Positions 32,124-41,852 of a DNA stretch of 64,000 bases are shown here, one piece after another (within the stretch, counting starts at the first letter, position 1; every line of letters begins with the position of its first letter). The notes under the pieces were generated by a model. It was not told where the DNA came from, made no database searches, and saw nothing but the letters and a program-made list of their open reading frames with translations. The position numbers were made by a program, and so were the translations under genes. The stretch lies in assembly GCA_965116365.1 (NCBI GenBank), contig OZ220682.1:2008001-2072000 (forward strand). Direction: 5' to 3'. The DNA is from Dehalococcoidia bacterium. Lineage in GTDB: Bacteria; Chloroflexota; Dehalococcoidia; Lucifugimonadales; Lucifugimonadaceae.

Positions 32124-33260
32124 TTGAACCAAGGCATAAAACGCAAGCGTTTTCTCATGCTGAGCGCGGCTGCGGTTTTCGCGGTGTTGCTCTTTCTGAT
32201 CTACATGTTGGGTTCGGTGTTGATCACGGTGCTGTTCAGCGCGTTGATCGCGTATGTTTTGCTTCCGTTGACGAACGTGATTGTCCGGGTGATGCCGTGG
32301 CGCGAGAGTCGTCCGGAACTTAGTCGAGGTATCGCGGTCGGGTTCATTTTCGTTGTCGCGGCCGGCATCTTCGCTGGTTCCCTAGCATTGGTGATACCTC
32401 CGACGATCGAGCAGAGTCGAGAGTTCATCGACGAGTTTCCAACATTCTTCAACTCTGCCCGCGCCACTATAGAAGGGTGGATAGGCGAGTACAGGGAACT
32501 GGTTCCAGAAGACGTTCGTGCGCAGATCGAACAGGATTTAGCGGGAATGGGAAGCGTTGTGGTAGATGCTGCTTGGCAAGTGTTGCCAAGAACTTTCGGC
32601 CTCGTGTCTGGAACTTTCTCATTGGTCATCGGACTGGCGACGATGCCGATGCTGATTTTCTACTTGGTCAAAGATTCGCGCGAGATTGGATCCAGCTTGC
32701 TGACACCATTCCCGAAGGCTGTGCGTCCGTATCTGCTCGACATTGCGAAGATCGCTGAGAACACATTGGGCGGTTACCTGCGCGGGCAACTCATCTTGGC
32801 GCTTGCGATCGGTATAGCTGTAACTGCTGGATTAGTCGCAATGGGTGTGCCATTCGCGTTCTTGCTCGGGGTTGTCGCTGGGTTGACCGCTTTGATCCCG
32901 ATCGTTGGTCCGTTCATCGGCGCTGCGGTGGCGATATTGGTAACTTTAGCGACCGCGCCTGAGAAGTTGGTTTGGGTCGGGTTGCTCTACTTAGGCGTGC
33001 AGTTAGTTGAAAACACTCTGTTAGCACCTCGAATTCAAGCGAACGCTTTGAACCTCCACCCGATTGCCGTGATATTCGTCATTATCGTCGGCGGGCATTT
33101 CTTCGGTATCTGGGGGATAGTATTGGGTCCGCCGTTGGTTTCTATGGTCAAAGACATCGTCCGATACCTTGCCGATGGTTGGAACGATCCAATTCGAAGC
33201 AAGGAACTGGAATCGGATGACGAAACCGAAGATGGTGGTGATGCTGCGGAGCCGATGTAG
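32124..33260 (+). CDS. AI-2E (PerM/YhhT) family transporter
   Basis: About 8 TM helices, with LGGYLRGQLILALAIGI and IPIVGPFIGA segments typical of the family. The start could be the TTG at 32124 or the ATG at 32157. Confidence 0.78.
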   Translation: MNQGIKRKRFLMLSAAAVFAVLLFLIYMLGSVLITVLFSALIAYVLLPLTNVIVRVMPWRESRPELSRGIAVGFIFVVAAGIFAGSLALVIPPTIEQSREFIDEFPTFFNSARATIEGWIGEYRELVPEDVRAQIEQDLAGMGSVVVDAAWQVLPRTFGLVSGTFSLVIGLATMPMLIFYLVKDSREIGSSLLTPFPKAVRPYLLDIAKIAENTLGGYLRGQLILALAIGIAVTAGLVAMGVPFAFLLGVVAGLTALIPIVGPFIGAAVAILVTLATAPEKLVWVGLLYLGVQLVENTLLAPRIQANALNLHPIAVIFVIIVGGHFFGIWGIVLGPPLVSMVKDIVRYLADGWNDPIRSKELESDDETEDGGDAAEPM

Positions 33261-33277
33261 CGCGGATCAATGGTGCG

Positions 33278-34450
33278 CTATTCGATGATTACCGTGTCCA
33301 AACGGTACTGTTCCAACCCCTTCCAGTTGTATTCCACGCCTAGGCCGGGGCCTTCAGGGACGGAGACTTTACCGTCTTTGTCGATGGAATCGATCTGGTC
33401 GGCATAGTCGGATCTGTAGAGGCTTGGCCCGGTCTCGACGATCTTAGGGTGGACAAGTCCCATCTCGTTGAAGTTGGAGTTGCGGATGGCGGCCATGCAG
33501 TGACGATGCGGCGGGTTGGAGATGTGCAGTTCGAGGTCCTGGCCGAATCCCTCGGCGGCGTGGGCGATCTTCATCACCCCGGTTATTCCACCGTCGTATT
33601 CGACGTCTGCACGCCAGAAGTCGGTGGCCTCCGCGATTGCCATGTCGGTGTGTGCCTCGACCATATGCAAGTGTTCGCCTTGTAGAAGCGGCGTCTTGAT
33701 CATCTTTTTCAACTGCTTATGGGCCCAGAGCGACACTCCACCATCGCGCATCGGATCCTCGTACCAGAAATAGTTGTATTCGTCGCAAACTCGGCCAACA
33801 GCCAGAGTGTCGGCGAAGGTGTCGTAGACGCAACAAGGGTCGGTCATCAGCGCCATCTTTCCGCCTACGCGCTCCCCTACAGCGCGAACGGTCGCGATCT
33901 CTCGGTCGATGTCGACTTCGCCCCAAGAATGAATTTTGAATCCGGGATATCCCATTTCTAGGCACTGCTCGGCGAAATCGGCGTATGCTTCTGGGCTACT
34001 GAGACCATCGGGTTCGCGATCGGCGTGGTATGTGCTGGCGTAGCACGGCAGTTGCTTGCGGTGCCCGCCTAACAGCTGGTAGATCGGAGCGTTGTGGTAC
34101 TTTCCCGCGAGGTCCCAGAGTGTGATGTCGATTGGTCCAACACCCATTCGATCGTTTTTTCTGAGGATCGACTTGGCTTGGTTGTAGAAACGTTCGCGTT
34201 CCAATGCGCTCTTGCCGATTACGAAGTTGACCCACATCAGCATCTGTTCGTAAGCGGCAGGTGCGCCGCTCATGTACTCGCCAGTCACGCCTTGATCGGT
34301 GTGAATCTTGATGCCAACTCTGGTTCGGGATCCCTGTGCGCCCGGTTGATAGAATTGCCCCATCGCGAATCCGACATCCGTCGCAAGATCATACGTTGGG
34401 ATCCGGTACCTCGAAAGTTCGACGCGCGTGATTATCGGGGCATTACCCAT
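33278..34450 (-). CDS. Enolase-superfamily (mandelate racemase/muconate lactonizing enzyme-like) protein
   Basis: N-terminal capping domain (ITRVELSRYRIP...VGIKIHTDQGVTGEY) and barrel segments (FKIH.WG, LMTDP, WYEDP, GEH). The ATG at 34448-34450 was used. Confidence 0.72.
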   Translation of the reverse strand: MGNAPIITRVELSRYRIPTYDLATDVGFAMGQFYQPGAQGSRTRVGIKIHTDQGVTGEYMSGAPAAYEQMLMWVNFVIGKSALERERFYNQAKSILRKNDRMGVGPIDITLWDLAGKYHNAPIYQLLGGHRKQLPCYASTYHADREPDGLSSPEAYADFAEQCLEMGYPGFKIHSWGEVDIDREIATVRAVGERVGGKMALMTDPCCVYDTFADTLAVGRVCDEYNYFWYEDPMRDGGVSLWAHKQLKKMIKTPLLQGEHLHMVEAHTDMAIAEATDFWRADVEYDGGITGVMKIAHAAEGFGQDLELHISNPPHRHCMAAIRNSNFNEMGLVHPKIVETGPSLYRSDYADQIDSIDKDGKVSVPEGPGLGVEYNWKGLEQYRLDTVIIE

Positions 34451-34563
34451 GGTGTGTCTCCATAGTTGCGAATGGTTGCCCACAGGTTATCGCAGTCGCG
34501 GAAGTACCTTTCGCGAACTACCGGACCAAATCGAGTGGACAGCCGTACCCCAAGGTCAACAAA

Positions 34564-35298
34564 TCAGTGCTCGGGTGTTTGCCCTATGCGGAGGCCCATC
34601 CGTCCCTGGTAGACGCCAACACCCATGATGATCCACCAGACGAGATAGAGGATCGACAACACGGTGAATATCGGGGCCAAGGCGTCGATGAGTTCATGGA
34701 AGGGTTCCGTCAACACCACGCCGGTCAACGACACGATACCGGCGATTCCTACGATACGGGCGAGGATTCGGTAAACGCCTGGTTTGAACTTCCGAGCGTA
34801 CGCGAATCCCAAAACGACGTATCCCGTCAGACCTGCGAGTGCTCCGAGCAATCTAGCGGCACCCCCGATTGACTGCATCTGTATCGCGATCGCCCTGAGC
34901 GCTTCGGTCTGATCCGGCCCCGTTCCTGCACCGATGCCATGGTCGACCACATGTGAAGTCGTGTAGTTGAGGCATTGCGCGATCAGGAAGGATACGAGGG
35001 CCAACATCACGCCAGCCAACCCGAATTTCACGAACGCGTCCAAAGCGCATTCGTTTTGCGCAGTCTGCCACATCACCGTCAAACCCCAAATCAGAAACAT
35101 CAGCGCGACAGAACCCAGCATCGCAGCAAAGGCCGTCAACAACGGGTTATCGGCGATAGCGTCGACCATTGAACCCAGATCACCCGCCGTGGTCTCGCCG
35201 ACCAAATGCCCTGGCGTGATTAACGTTGCGACTATGTACAACGCCGCACCCAAAATCAGAGCCAACCCGCCCACTCTAGGAGTAGTAATCATCGACAT
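34564..35298 (-). CDS. Hypothetical polytopic membrane protein
   Basis: The ATG at 35296-35298 lies 5 nt after GGAGGG. About 6-7 hydrophobic helices. I recognise no family. Confidence 0.55.
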   Translation of the reverse strand: MSMITTPRVGGLALILGAALYIVATLITPGHLVGETTAGDLGSMVDAIADNPLLTAFAAMLGSVALMFLIWGLTVMWQTAQNECALDAFVKFGLAGVMLALVSFLIAQCLNYTTSHVVDHGIGAGTGPDQTEALRAIAIQMQSIGGAARLLGALAGLTGYVVLGFAYARKFKPGVYRILARIVGIAGIVSLTGVVLTEPFHELIDALAPIFTVLSILYLVWWIIMGVGVYQGRMGLRIGQTPEH

Positions 35299-35383
35299 TT
35301 CGTCCCTCCAAACAGGTTCATAGCGAATCGGAGATAAACGTAATCCGAACTCTACCACGATGGCAGATGTGGCCTGCGATGCC

Positions 35384-36070
35384 CTACTCGAAAAGTGCGG
35401 GTTGAGAACCTAGCAGATAAGGTCCATCGTTCCTTGTTGAACCAACAGCGGGATTGGCTTCTTGGGCACGCATAGTCTCCCATTCGCGGGGTTTCAGCGC
35501 TCCTAGCAAGACCGTCTGATCAGCGGCATCATCGAGCCATATCGCTGCCCAATCATCGTCCAATATCACGGGCATACGGTCGTAAATCGGCTCCATCAGG
35601 GCGTTGGGAGAAGTAGTCAATATGGCGCACGATTCCACGATTCCATCGGGACCATGCCAAACGCTCCAGATACCAGCGAACGTGACGACTGGCGCGTTCG
35701 TGCTGTGTATCCACATTGGAGTCTTGTCCCTTGCGCCTCTTCTACGCCATTCGAAGAAACCGTTCGCTGGTACTAGGCAACGCCTCGCTATGAACGAATC
35801 GCGGAACGTCGGGCGTTCGGCTACGGTTTCGGACCTCGCATTGAACAAAGGACGTTTGAATGCCGTATCCGGCTTCGCCCAACGGGGGATGAGCCCCCAG
35901 CGCATCATCGAACCGAAACGTTGACCATCTATCTCGGTGATCGCCAACACAGGTGTCGTCGGGGGGATGTTCCAGCGTGGCGCGTACGCCTCTGCCGGCA
36001 TCTTCAGCTCGAAACCGAGTAACTCGATCAACTCGACGAGGTCGGTGAACAGGCCGAAACGTCCACACAT
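35384..36070 (-). CDS. SOS response-associated peptidase (SRAP/YedK family)
   Basis: Invariant N-terminus MCGRF, then WNIPPT, NARSET and P.NGFFEW. Confidence 0.88.
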   Translation of the reverse strand: MCGRFGLFTDLVELIELLGFELKMPAEAYAPRWNIPPTTPVLAITEIDGQRFGSMMRWGLIPRWAKPDTAFKRPLFNARSETVAERPTFRDSFIARRCLVPANGFFEWRRRGARDKTPMWIHSTNAPVVTFAGIWSVWHGPDGIVESCAILTTSPNALMEPIYDRMPVILDDDWAAIWLDDAADQTVLLGALKPREWETMRAQEANPAVGSTRNDGPYLLGSQPALFE

Positions 36071-36185
36071 CTCTAAACGCCTCTGATTTCAACGATTCGG
36101 ATCATGTGATATCAGCGTAGCATCCCAAACACCTACGCGATATCATCATCCGAGAACGTCACATCTACCACCCTAGCGATCGCTC

Positions 36186-36863
36186 ATGAATGTACTCGTA
36201 AACGGATCCCCAACTGCCATCGGGCGGGCCGTAGTTGCCGAACTCGCCGACTCGAGCCATAGCCTGCGCCTAACGTCGATGGCGCCATATGAACCTCAAG
36301 ATGTAGTGGTCGGCGCGTTGGAGCATGACGAAGCGACTGACAAGTTAGTCGAAGGAATCGACGCCATCATCAATGTCGGTTATCAAGACGAGGTCGATAT
36401 GGGAGCAACTTTTCATCTCGACTACTACACGCGCCGCACCTACAATCTTCTCTGGGCAGCATCAAACGCGGGCGTCAATCGAGTCGTCAATTTGAGCACG
36501 CTGCGGTTGATGGAGGAGTACGAGGAGAACTTGGTCGTCACGGAGCTATGGCGTAGCAAACCGCTGGCGAGCGACATCAATCTACTCTGTGCCCATCTCG
36601 TTGAGATCATCTGCAAGGAATATGCACGAGACCAAAAGTTCGAGGTTGTCAATCTTCGGCTCGGTTGGCCACTGGTCGCTGGTGGCAGAGATGACATTGA
36701 TGTCAACACGGGAACCTCGGCACTGTGCTCCGAAGACCTCGGTCGCGCGGTACTAGCGGCGTTGGAGTCCGATGTCGAGCTCTGGCAGGACATCCACATT
36801 CAATCAACAGTCCCGAACCAACGCTATACAACGGCAAAAGCAGCAGCTACGCTGGGGTTCTAG
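36186..36863 (+). CDS. NAD(P)-dependent epimerase/dehydratase-like protein with a degenerate glycine motif
   Basis: MNVLVNGSPTAIGRAVV replaces the GxxGxxG motif; overall Rossmann-like pattern (RVVNLST). Confidence 0.55.
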   Translation: MNVLVNGSPTAIGRAVVAELADSSHSLRLTSMAPYEPQDVVVGALEHDEATDKLVEGIDAIINVGYQDEVDMGATFHLDYYTRRTYNLLWAASNAGVNRVVNLSTLRLMEEYEENLVVTELWRSKPLASDINLLCAHLVEIICKEYARDQKFEVVNLRLGWPLVAGGRDDIDVNTGTSALCSEDLGRAVLAALESDVELWQDIHIQSTVPNQRYTTAKAAATLGF

Positions 36864-36894
36864 CTCTAACGCCCCACTCGGAGGATCATCAAAG

Positions 36895-37686
36895 ATGAAA
36901 GTTCTCATACTCGGTGGATGCGGGATGCTCGGACCTTGGGTCGTCAAGGCGCTGAAGCACCGCCACGAAATCGTCCTCACTGACATCAATCCGCCGGCAG
37001 ACGAGTTCGACGGTGATTTCCGTCAGATCAGTTCAGACGATCTTGACGGCGTGGTTGCGACGGCAGAAGGGTGCGACGCAATCATTAACCTGTCGGTTCT
37101 ACGCGAAGACCGCAAGCTGGCATTCGACGTCAGCACACGTGGCAACTACAACATGATGGAAGCCGCGCGAGTGCACGGCATCCAACGCGTCATCAACACT
37201 GGACCCCACTTCCAACTTGTCGGCGAGACGTACGAGAACTGGGATTTCGATCTCAATCCCGACATGCCGCCGCAGTTCGGCACGCGTCTATACGCCCACT
37301 CGAAGGGGCTCGGCCAAGAGATATGCCGCGTATTCAGCGAGCAGTACGGCATTTACGTCATTACGATGCTCTACTACAACATGCGCCACACTTGGAACTG
37401 GGGACTGGGGCGAGGCGTGCCTGAAGCGACCTATCACGAGGACATGACACCATTCACGACCGCTTGGACTGATTGCGGGACAGCGATCCAAGCCGCGCTC
37501 GAAGTCCCGCTGGAACGTCTGCCCTCCCGCTGTGAGACGTTTTTCACCTTCCCGGAGACACCACACCACAAGTTCAACAGCGAAAAGACGCGCCGCATCT
37601 TGGGCTGGGAGCCGCGCTACACGCTGGAGACGCTGTGGAACAAGGAACCGATGACGCCGCCGGATCATCTGCACGGCGCGTGGTGA
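36895..37686 (+). CDS. NAD-dependent epimerase/dehydratase family protein
   Basis: The ATG at 36895 lies 9 nt after GGAGGA. MKVLILGGCGMLGPWVVKAL, then RVINTG and the YAHSK (YxxxK) motif. Confidence 0.75.
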   Translation: MKVLILGGCGMLGPWVVKALKHRHEIVLTDINPPADEFDGDFRQISSDDLDGVVATAEGCDAIINLSVLREDRKLAFDVSTRGNYNMMEAARVHGIQRVINTGPHFQLVGETYENWDFDLNPDMPPQFGTRLYAHSKGLGQEICRVFSEQYGIYVITMLYYNMRHTWNWGLGRGVPEATYHEDMTPFTTAWTDCGTAIQAALEVPLERLPSRCETFFTFPETPHHKFNSEKTRRILGWEPRYTLETLWNKEPMTPPDHLHGAW

Positions 37687-37769
37687 TGATACGCTGATTC
37701 ATCTTGGCGCGAAAGTCAACTGCCCCCTTGTAACCGAGCGGCAAAATAACACAATTCGGGGCAGGCAGA

Positions 37770-38054
37770 ATGAATATCAACCCGCGTAGACACGATACTG
37801 ACGATGATGATCCGGACCTACCCGACCATCGCAGGACTACTCTACGCTTCTACTACTCAGAATTTGGATTTGGCGTGAAGAAAGACAATCAATGGCCCAG
37901 AATCGGTTGCGGGGTTCTGTTCCTCGTGATCGGTGTCTGGTTGCTGCTGTGGATCTTCGGCATAGTCCAACTTGATCCGAAGTACATCTGGATACCCTTC
38001 GCGGTAGTTCTAGTAGCCTTGGGTCTGCGGCTGTTGCTGAGCAACCGCAGGTAG
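37770..38054 (+). CDS. Hypothetical small membrane protein
   Basis: 94 aa with an acidic N-terminus followed by two hydrophobic helices. No family recognised. Confidence 0.4.
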   Translation: MNINPRRHDTDDDDPDLPDHRRTTLRFYYSEFGFGVKKDNQWPRIGCGVLFLVIGVWLLLWIFGIVQLDPKYIWIPFAVVLVALGLRLLLSNRR

Positions 38055-38087
38055 CATCTGGCGAACAAACCTCGATGGGTGATGAGT

Positions 38088-38471
38088 TCAGCCCATCAAA
38101 TCGCCCTCTTCGCTCATCACGGCCATTAGATTGTCGTCCGGGTCGCGGAAGAAAGCCATCCAGAGCGTGTAGTTATCCGTCTGGTGGATAATGTGGGGTT
38201 CGGATTCGATGGTTACTCCGCGCGACGCTAGGTCTTTAGCGGCTTCTTGGGCGGAATCGACTTGGAAGTAGACGACGGAGGTGCCAGCTTGCTCAGGATT
38301 CTCTGGTTGGTTGATGTAGAGGCGAGTTCCGGCGCAATTGAAGAACGCCATCGGGTTAGTGCCCGGGACTTGGAAGAGGAAGTCGATCCCGAGCGTGTCG
38401 CGGTAGAACTCTACTGCTCTGTCAACATCGGTTACTGAAATCGAGATTTGACCAACACCGTGAATCTTCAT
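38088..38471 (-). CDS. VOC/glyoxalase family protein (single domain pair)
   Basis: MKIHGVGQISISVTDVDRAVEFYRDTLG, then FFRDPDDNL. Confidence 0.8.
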   Translation of the reverse strand: MKIHGVGQISISVTDVDRAVEFYRDTLGIDFLFQVPGTNPMAFFNCAGTRLYINQPENPEQAGTSVVYFQVDSAQEAAKDLASRGVTIESEPHIIHQTDNYTLWMAFFRDPDDNLMAVMSEEGDLMG

Positions 38472-38499
38472 GTCTATCGTTGTCCTTTGCGCCCCAAGG

Positions 38500-39912
38500 T
38501 CACAGCTCTTTCATCTCTGTCAAGAGATCTTCGACGGATGCCCTCGCGTCGCCGAAGAGCATCATCGTGTTCTCCATATGGAAAAGTTCGTTCTCAACAC
38601 CGGCAAAACCAGATGCCATGGAACGTTTCAGCACGATAGCCGAACGTGCTTGGTCGACGTTCAGTATCGGCATCCCATAGATCGGGCTGCTTTGGTCGGT
38701 TCGTGCGGCCGGATTCGTGACATCGTTGGCGCCTACGACAACTGCAACATCGGCCCGCCTGAAGTCGTCGTTGATCTCGTCCAGGTCTTTCAACTCGTCG
38801 TATGGAACATCTGCTTCCGCAAGCAACACGTTCATGTGGCCGGGCATCCTACCAGCCACTGGGTGAATTGCGTATCGGACCTGCGCCCCGCGCTCTTTGA
38901 GCATGTCGGCCAGATCGCGAACCTGATGCTGCGCTTGTGCGACGGCGAGACCGTATCCGGGCACGAAGATGACTGAATCGGCGTATCCAAGTAGTATTGC
39001 AGCCTCGGCGGCATTAACGGACCGTACGGGCCGATCGGCAGCTGTTGCTCCGGGTGCAGTGCCGCCAGTCGAGTCAGCGACACCGAACCCGCCGAACATG
39101 ACATTGCCGAGAGATCGGTTCATCGCGCGCGTCATGATGCGGGTGAGTATCAGTCCAGAAGCGCCGACGAGTGATCCGGCGATGATAAGCATCGGGTTGT
39201 CGATGACGAAGCCAGTTGCGGCGGCGGCTAAGCCGGAATAAGAGTTCAACAGCGCGATGACAACGGGCATGTCGGCGCCGCCGATGGGAATGACGATCAG
39301 AACTCCGATGACGAGTGCGATGACAGCCATCGCAACCAGTGCCCATTCGAGGTTTGCATCGTATATAAGCAATCCTGCCATCGCTATGCCAGCGATGGCC
39401 AACACGACGTTGACGACGTGACGTAGAGGTATCAGCACTGGTTGAGTGGCAACGATGCCCTGCAATTTGCCGAAAGCGATGAGGCTGCCAGTCAGGGTCA
39501 GCGAGCCGATCAATACCGACAATGCCACGGTGACACTGACGACGGTATCAACATCGCCGGTATCGTTCTGGCTAAGTATCTGAGCCGCGGCGACGACCGC
39601 CGAAGCCGCGCCACCGAAGCCGTTGAAGATGGCAACCATCTGCGGCATTGCCGTTAACTGAACCTGCCGCGCGGCTATGGCACCGATCAAGGCGCCGACG
39701 ATGAAGCCGACGATTATCCACTCGTAGCTGACGATGTCTCGGTCGATGACGGTGAAGACGACTGCGATCAGCATTCCCAACGCCGAGAGTCGGTTTCCCG
39801 CTCTTGCCGTCTCAGGCGACCGCAGCCAGAGGAGTCCAATGATGAACAGGACAGAAGCGACGATGTACGCGGCGAGCGTTACGTTGTCGAGAATCTGTGT
39901 GGAGTCGTCCAT
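38500..39912 (-). CDS. pntB: NAD(P) transhydrogenase subunit beta
   Basis: N-terminal TM domain, then the dIII domain with VPGYGLAVAQAQH, HPVAGRMPGHMNVLLAEA and VVGANDV.NPAA. Confidence 0.93.
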   Translation of the reverse strand: MDDSTQILDNVTLAAYIVASVLFIIGLLWLRSPETARAGNRLSALGMLIAVVFTVIDRDIVSYEWIIVGFIVGALIGAIAARQVQLTAMPQMVAIFNGFGGAASAVVAAAQILSQNDTGDVDTVVSVTVALSVLIGSLTLTGSLIAFGKLQGIVATQPVLIPLRHVVNVVLAIAGIAMAGLLIYDANLEWALVAMAVIALVIGVLIVIPIGGADMPVVIALLNSYSGLAAAATGFVIDNPMLIIAGSLVGASGLILTRIMTRAMNRSLGNVMFGGFGVADSTGGTAPGATAADRPVRSVNAAEAAILLGYADSVIFVPGYGLAVAQAQHQVRDLADMLKERGAQVRYAIHPVAGRMPGHMNVLLAEADVPYDELKDLDEINDDFRRADVAVVVGANDVTNPAARTDQSSPIYGMPILNVDQARSAIVLKRSMASGFAGVENELFHMENTMMLFGDARASVEDLLTEMKEL

Positions 39913-39921
39913 TGCTCGCGT

Positions 39922-40221
39922 CTAGCGTCGTTCGTCATCACTGCGGTGGAACATGCGCAGCATCCTGTCAGTCACGAGATAGCCGCCGACCACGTTGATG
40001 GTTGCCAGCGTGACAGCAACCACTCCTAAGATCGCGCCGAGAAGACCGCCGACGGTTCCCGCCACGATGATGGCACCGACGATAACGATCCCTGAAATCG
40101 CATTGGAACCGGACATCAGTGGCGTGTGCAATGTAGGCGGGACGCGGGTGATCGTGAGGTATCCGACGAATATAGCCAAAACGAATACGGCTAGCGAGAT
40201 TAGGAGTTCTTCAATCGACAT
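39922..40221 (-). CDS. pntA: NAD(P) transhydrogenase subunit alpha part 2 (membrane)
   Basis: 99 aa with three TM helices (PLMSGSNAISGIV.VGA). Located between pntAA and pntB. Confidence 0.88.
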   Translation of the reverse strand: MSIEELLISLAVFVLAIFVGYLTITRVPPTLHTPLMSGSNAISGIVIVGAIIVAGTVGGLLGAILGVVAVTLATINVVGGYLVTDRMLRMFHRSDDERR

Positions 40222-40236
40222 ATCGGACTCCTGTGC

Positions 40237-41358
40237 TCATTGTCCAATCGTATGGCCGCGAATCTCGCCGCCATGGGTTACGCACATCGCATCGACCACC
40301 TCGTCTTCGAAATCGAGCGTTAGCAAGAGGTCTTCGCCGATGATTAGATTCAGCAACGACTCCAAGTTGCGGGCGTAAGTTACTGAGGCGTGGTACGGCA
40401 TTGATGATGGAACGTTCACGGGCCCTTTAACGGTCACCCCGTTTACCTCGACATCTTCTCCGGCAATTGTCGTTTCGACGTTTCCGCCAGTCTCGGCGGC
40501 AAGATCGATGATGATGCTTCCAGGTCTCATCGCTTCTACTGTCTGGGTCTCGATAAGCAGCGGAGCTTGGCGTCCCGGTATAGCAGCGGTCGTGATTACT
40601 GCATCTGCGCGAAGAATGTGCTCGGATAGGAATTGTCGTTGACGAGCGTTCTCGTCTTCGGTCTGTGCACGCGCGTAGCCACCTGCTGCTTCGGCATCAT
40701 CTGCGTCCAGAGGTGCAATGAATTTGGCGCCGAGGCTCTCAACCTGTTCACCAGCGGCATCTCGGACATCGAAGGCGTAGACATCCGCTCCGAGGCGTTT
40801 GGCAGTAGCGATCGCCTGTAACCCAGCGACGCCAGCACCCAATATCAGCACTCTTGCTGGCGGGATCGTTCCGGCAGCAGTCATCATCATCGGGAAGAAA
40901 CGGCTCAACGCGTTTGCGGCCATCAAGGCTGATTTGTAGCCCGCGATTGATGCTTGCGAGGACAGCACGTCCATACTCTGAGCACGGGCGATGCGCGGGA
41001 CTAAGTCCATCGCAAACGCCGTCACGCCAGCTTTAGCGAGCGAGTCCATTGTGGCTATGTCACGTCTAGCGTCTAGCGTCGCCGCGAGTGCGGAGCCGCT
41101 TTGCATCGATCCGATCTCATCGGCAGACGGTTTGCCGACGTGAAGCAACAGATCTGCGGATTGGGCTACGTTGGACGCCGAATCTTCGAGTATCGCGCCC
41201 GCTTCATCGTAGGTCGTGTCTGGGAACCCTGCGCTAACTCCAGCACCCATCTGCACGATCACGTCATGCCCAGCAGACGACAACTTGGACACCAGATCTG
41301 GGGATGCCGCGACACGATTTTCACCGGGCGTGCACTCTCGATTGATGCCTATTTTCAA
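40237..41358 (-). CDS. pntA: NAD(P) transhydrogenase subunit alpha part 1 (dI domain)
   Basis: MKIGINRE..PGENRVAASPD, then VLILGAGVAGLQAIATAKRLGA and ITTAAIPGR.AP, alanine dehydrogenase/PNT-like. Confidence 0.93.
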   Translation of the reverse strand: MKIGINRECTPGENRVAASPDLVSKLSSAGHDVIVQMGAGVSAGFPDTTYDEAGAILEDSASNVAQSADLLLHVGKPSADEIGSMQSGSALAATLDARRDIATMDSLAKAGVTAFAMDLVPRIARAQSMDVLSSQASIAGYKSALMAANALSRFFPMMMTAAGTIPPARVLILGAGVAGLQAIATAKRLGADVYAFDVRDAAGEQVESLGAKFIAPLDADDAEAAGGYARAQTEDENARQRQFLSEHILRADAVITTAAIPGRQAPLLIETQTVEAMRPGSIIIDLAAETGGNVETTIAGEDVEVNGVTVKGPVNVPSSMPYHASVTYARNLESLLNLIIGEDLLLTLDFEDEVVDAMCVTHGGEIRGHTIGQ

Positions 41359-41489
41359 GGTGTTTGCGGATTAAGTGGGAATGGGGCGAGGAACTCAGAA
41401 TATTATGGTAACCGCTGCGCTTGAAAAGCGTTTTGCTGAACTAACGACCATTTCTAACGCAGAACACAACCAAAGTGTGAGGTAACTCG

Positions 41490-41810
41490 ATGTACATGCT
41501 CCGACGGGTCTACAAGGCCAAGTACCGCCAAGGCAAGCTTGTGGCTTCTCTGGTTCAGAAGCAACAGAAAATCTACGAATCGGCGGGGCGTTCGAAGGGC
41601 ACGGTCTACTTCAACGCTGGGACGGTGCCTGGCGAACCCGACACCGTAGTGCTTGAGTGGACACAGGACAACCTTGGCTCTCCGTATATGTCGGGTGGAA
41701 GTATCCCGCGGGAAGCCTTGCAAGTCGGCGGACAGGTGCGCGAGCACATCGAGAGTCAAGAGATTGAGTTCTGGGAACTCATGACACCCCAAAAGATGGA
41801 CGACGTTTAG
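41490..41810 (+). CDS. Hypothetical small protein upstream of the Mo-oxidoreductase
   Basis: 106 aa of balanced composition, on the same strand as the next gene and 39 nt upstream of it. Preferred over the R/H/L-rich antisense ORF 41454-42029. No family recognised. Confidence 0.45.
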   Translation: MYMLRRVYKAKYRQGKLVASLVQKQQKIYESAGRSKGTVYFNAGTVPGEPDTVVLEWTQDNLGSPYMSGGSIPREALQVGGQVREHIESQEIEFWELMTPQKMDDV

Positions 41811-41852
41811 TCGCCTCCATTTTTCACATACCATCCCACTTAGAGGACTTTG

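Noticed and set aside
36186-37686. The two adjacent epimerase-like genes as a single frameshifted gene.
   Set aside because: Each has its own N-terminal Rossmann start. The second has a good GGAGGA ribosome-binding site and a canonical GGCGMLG motif. Together they would exceed the normal family length, so they are treated as two paralogous genes.
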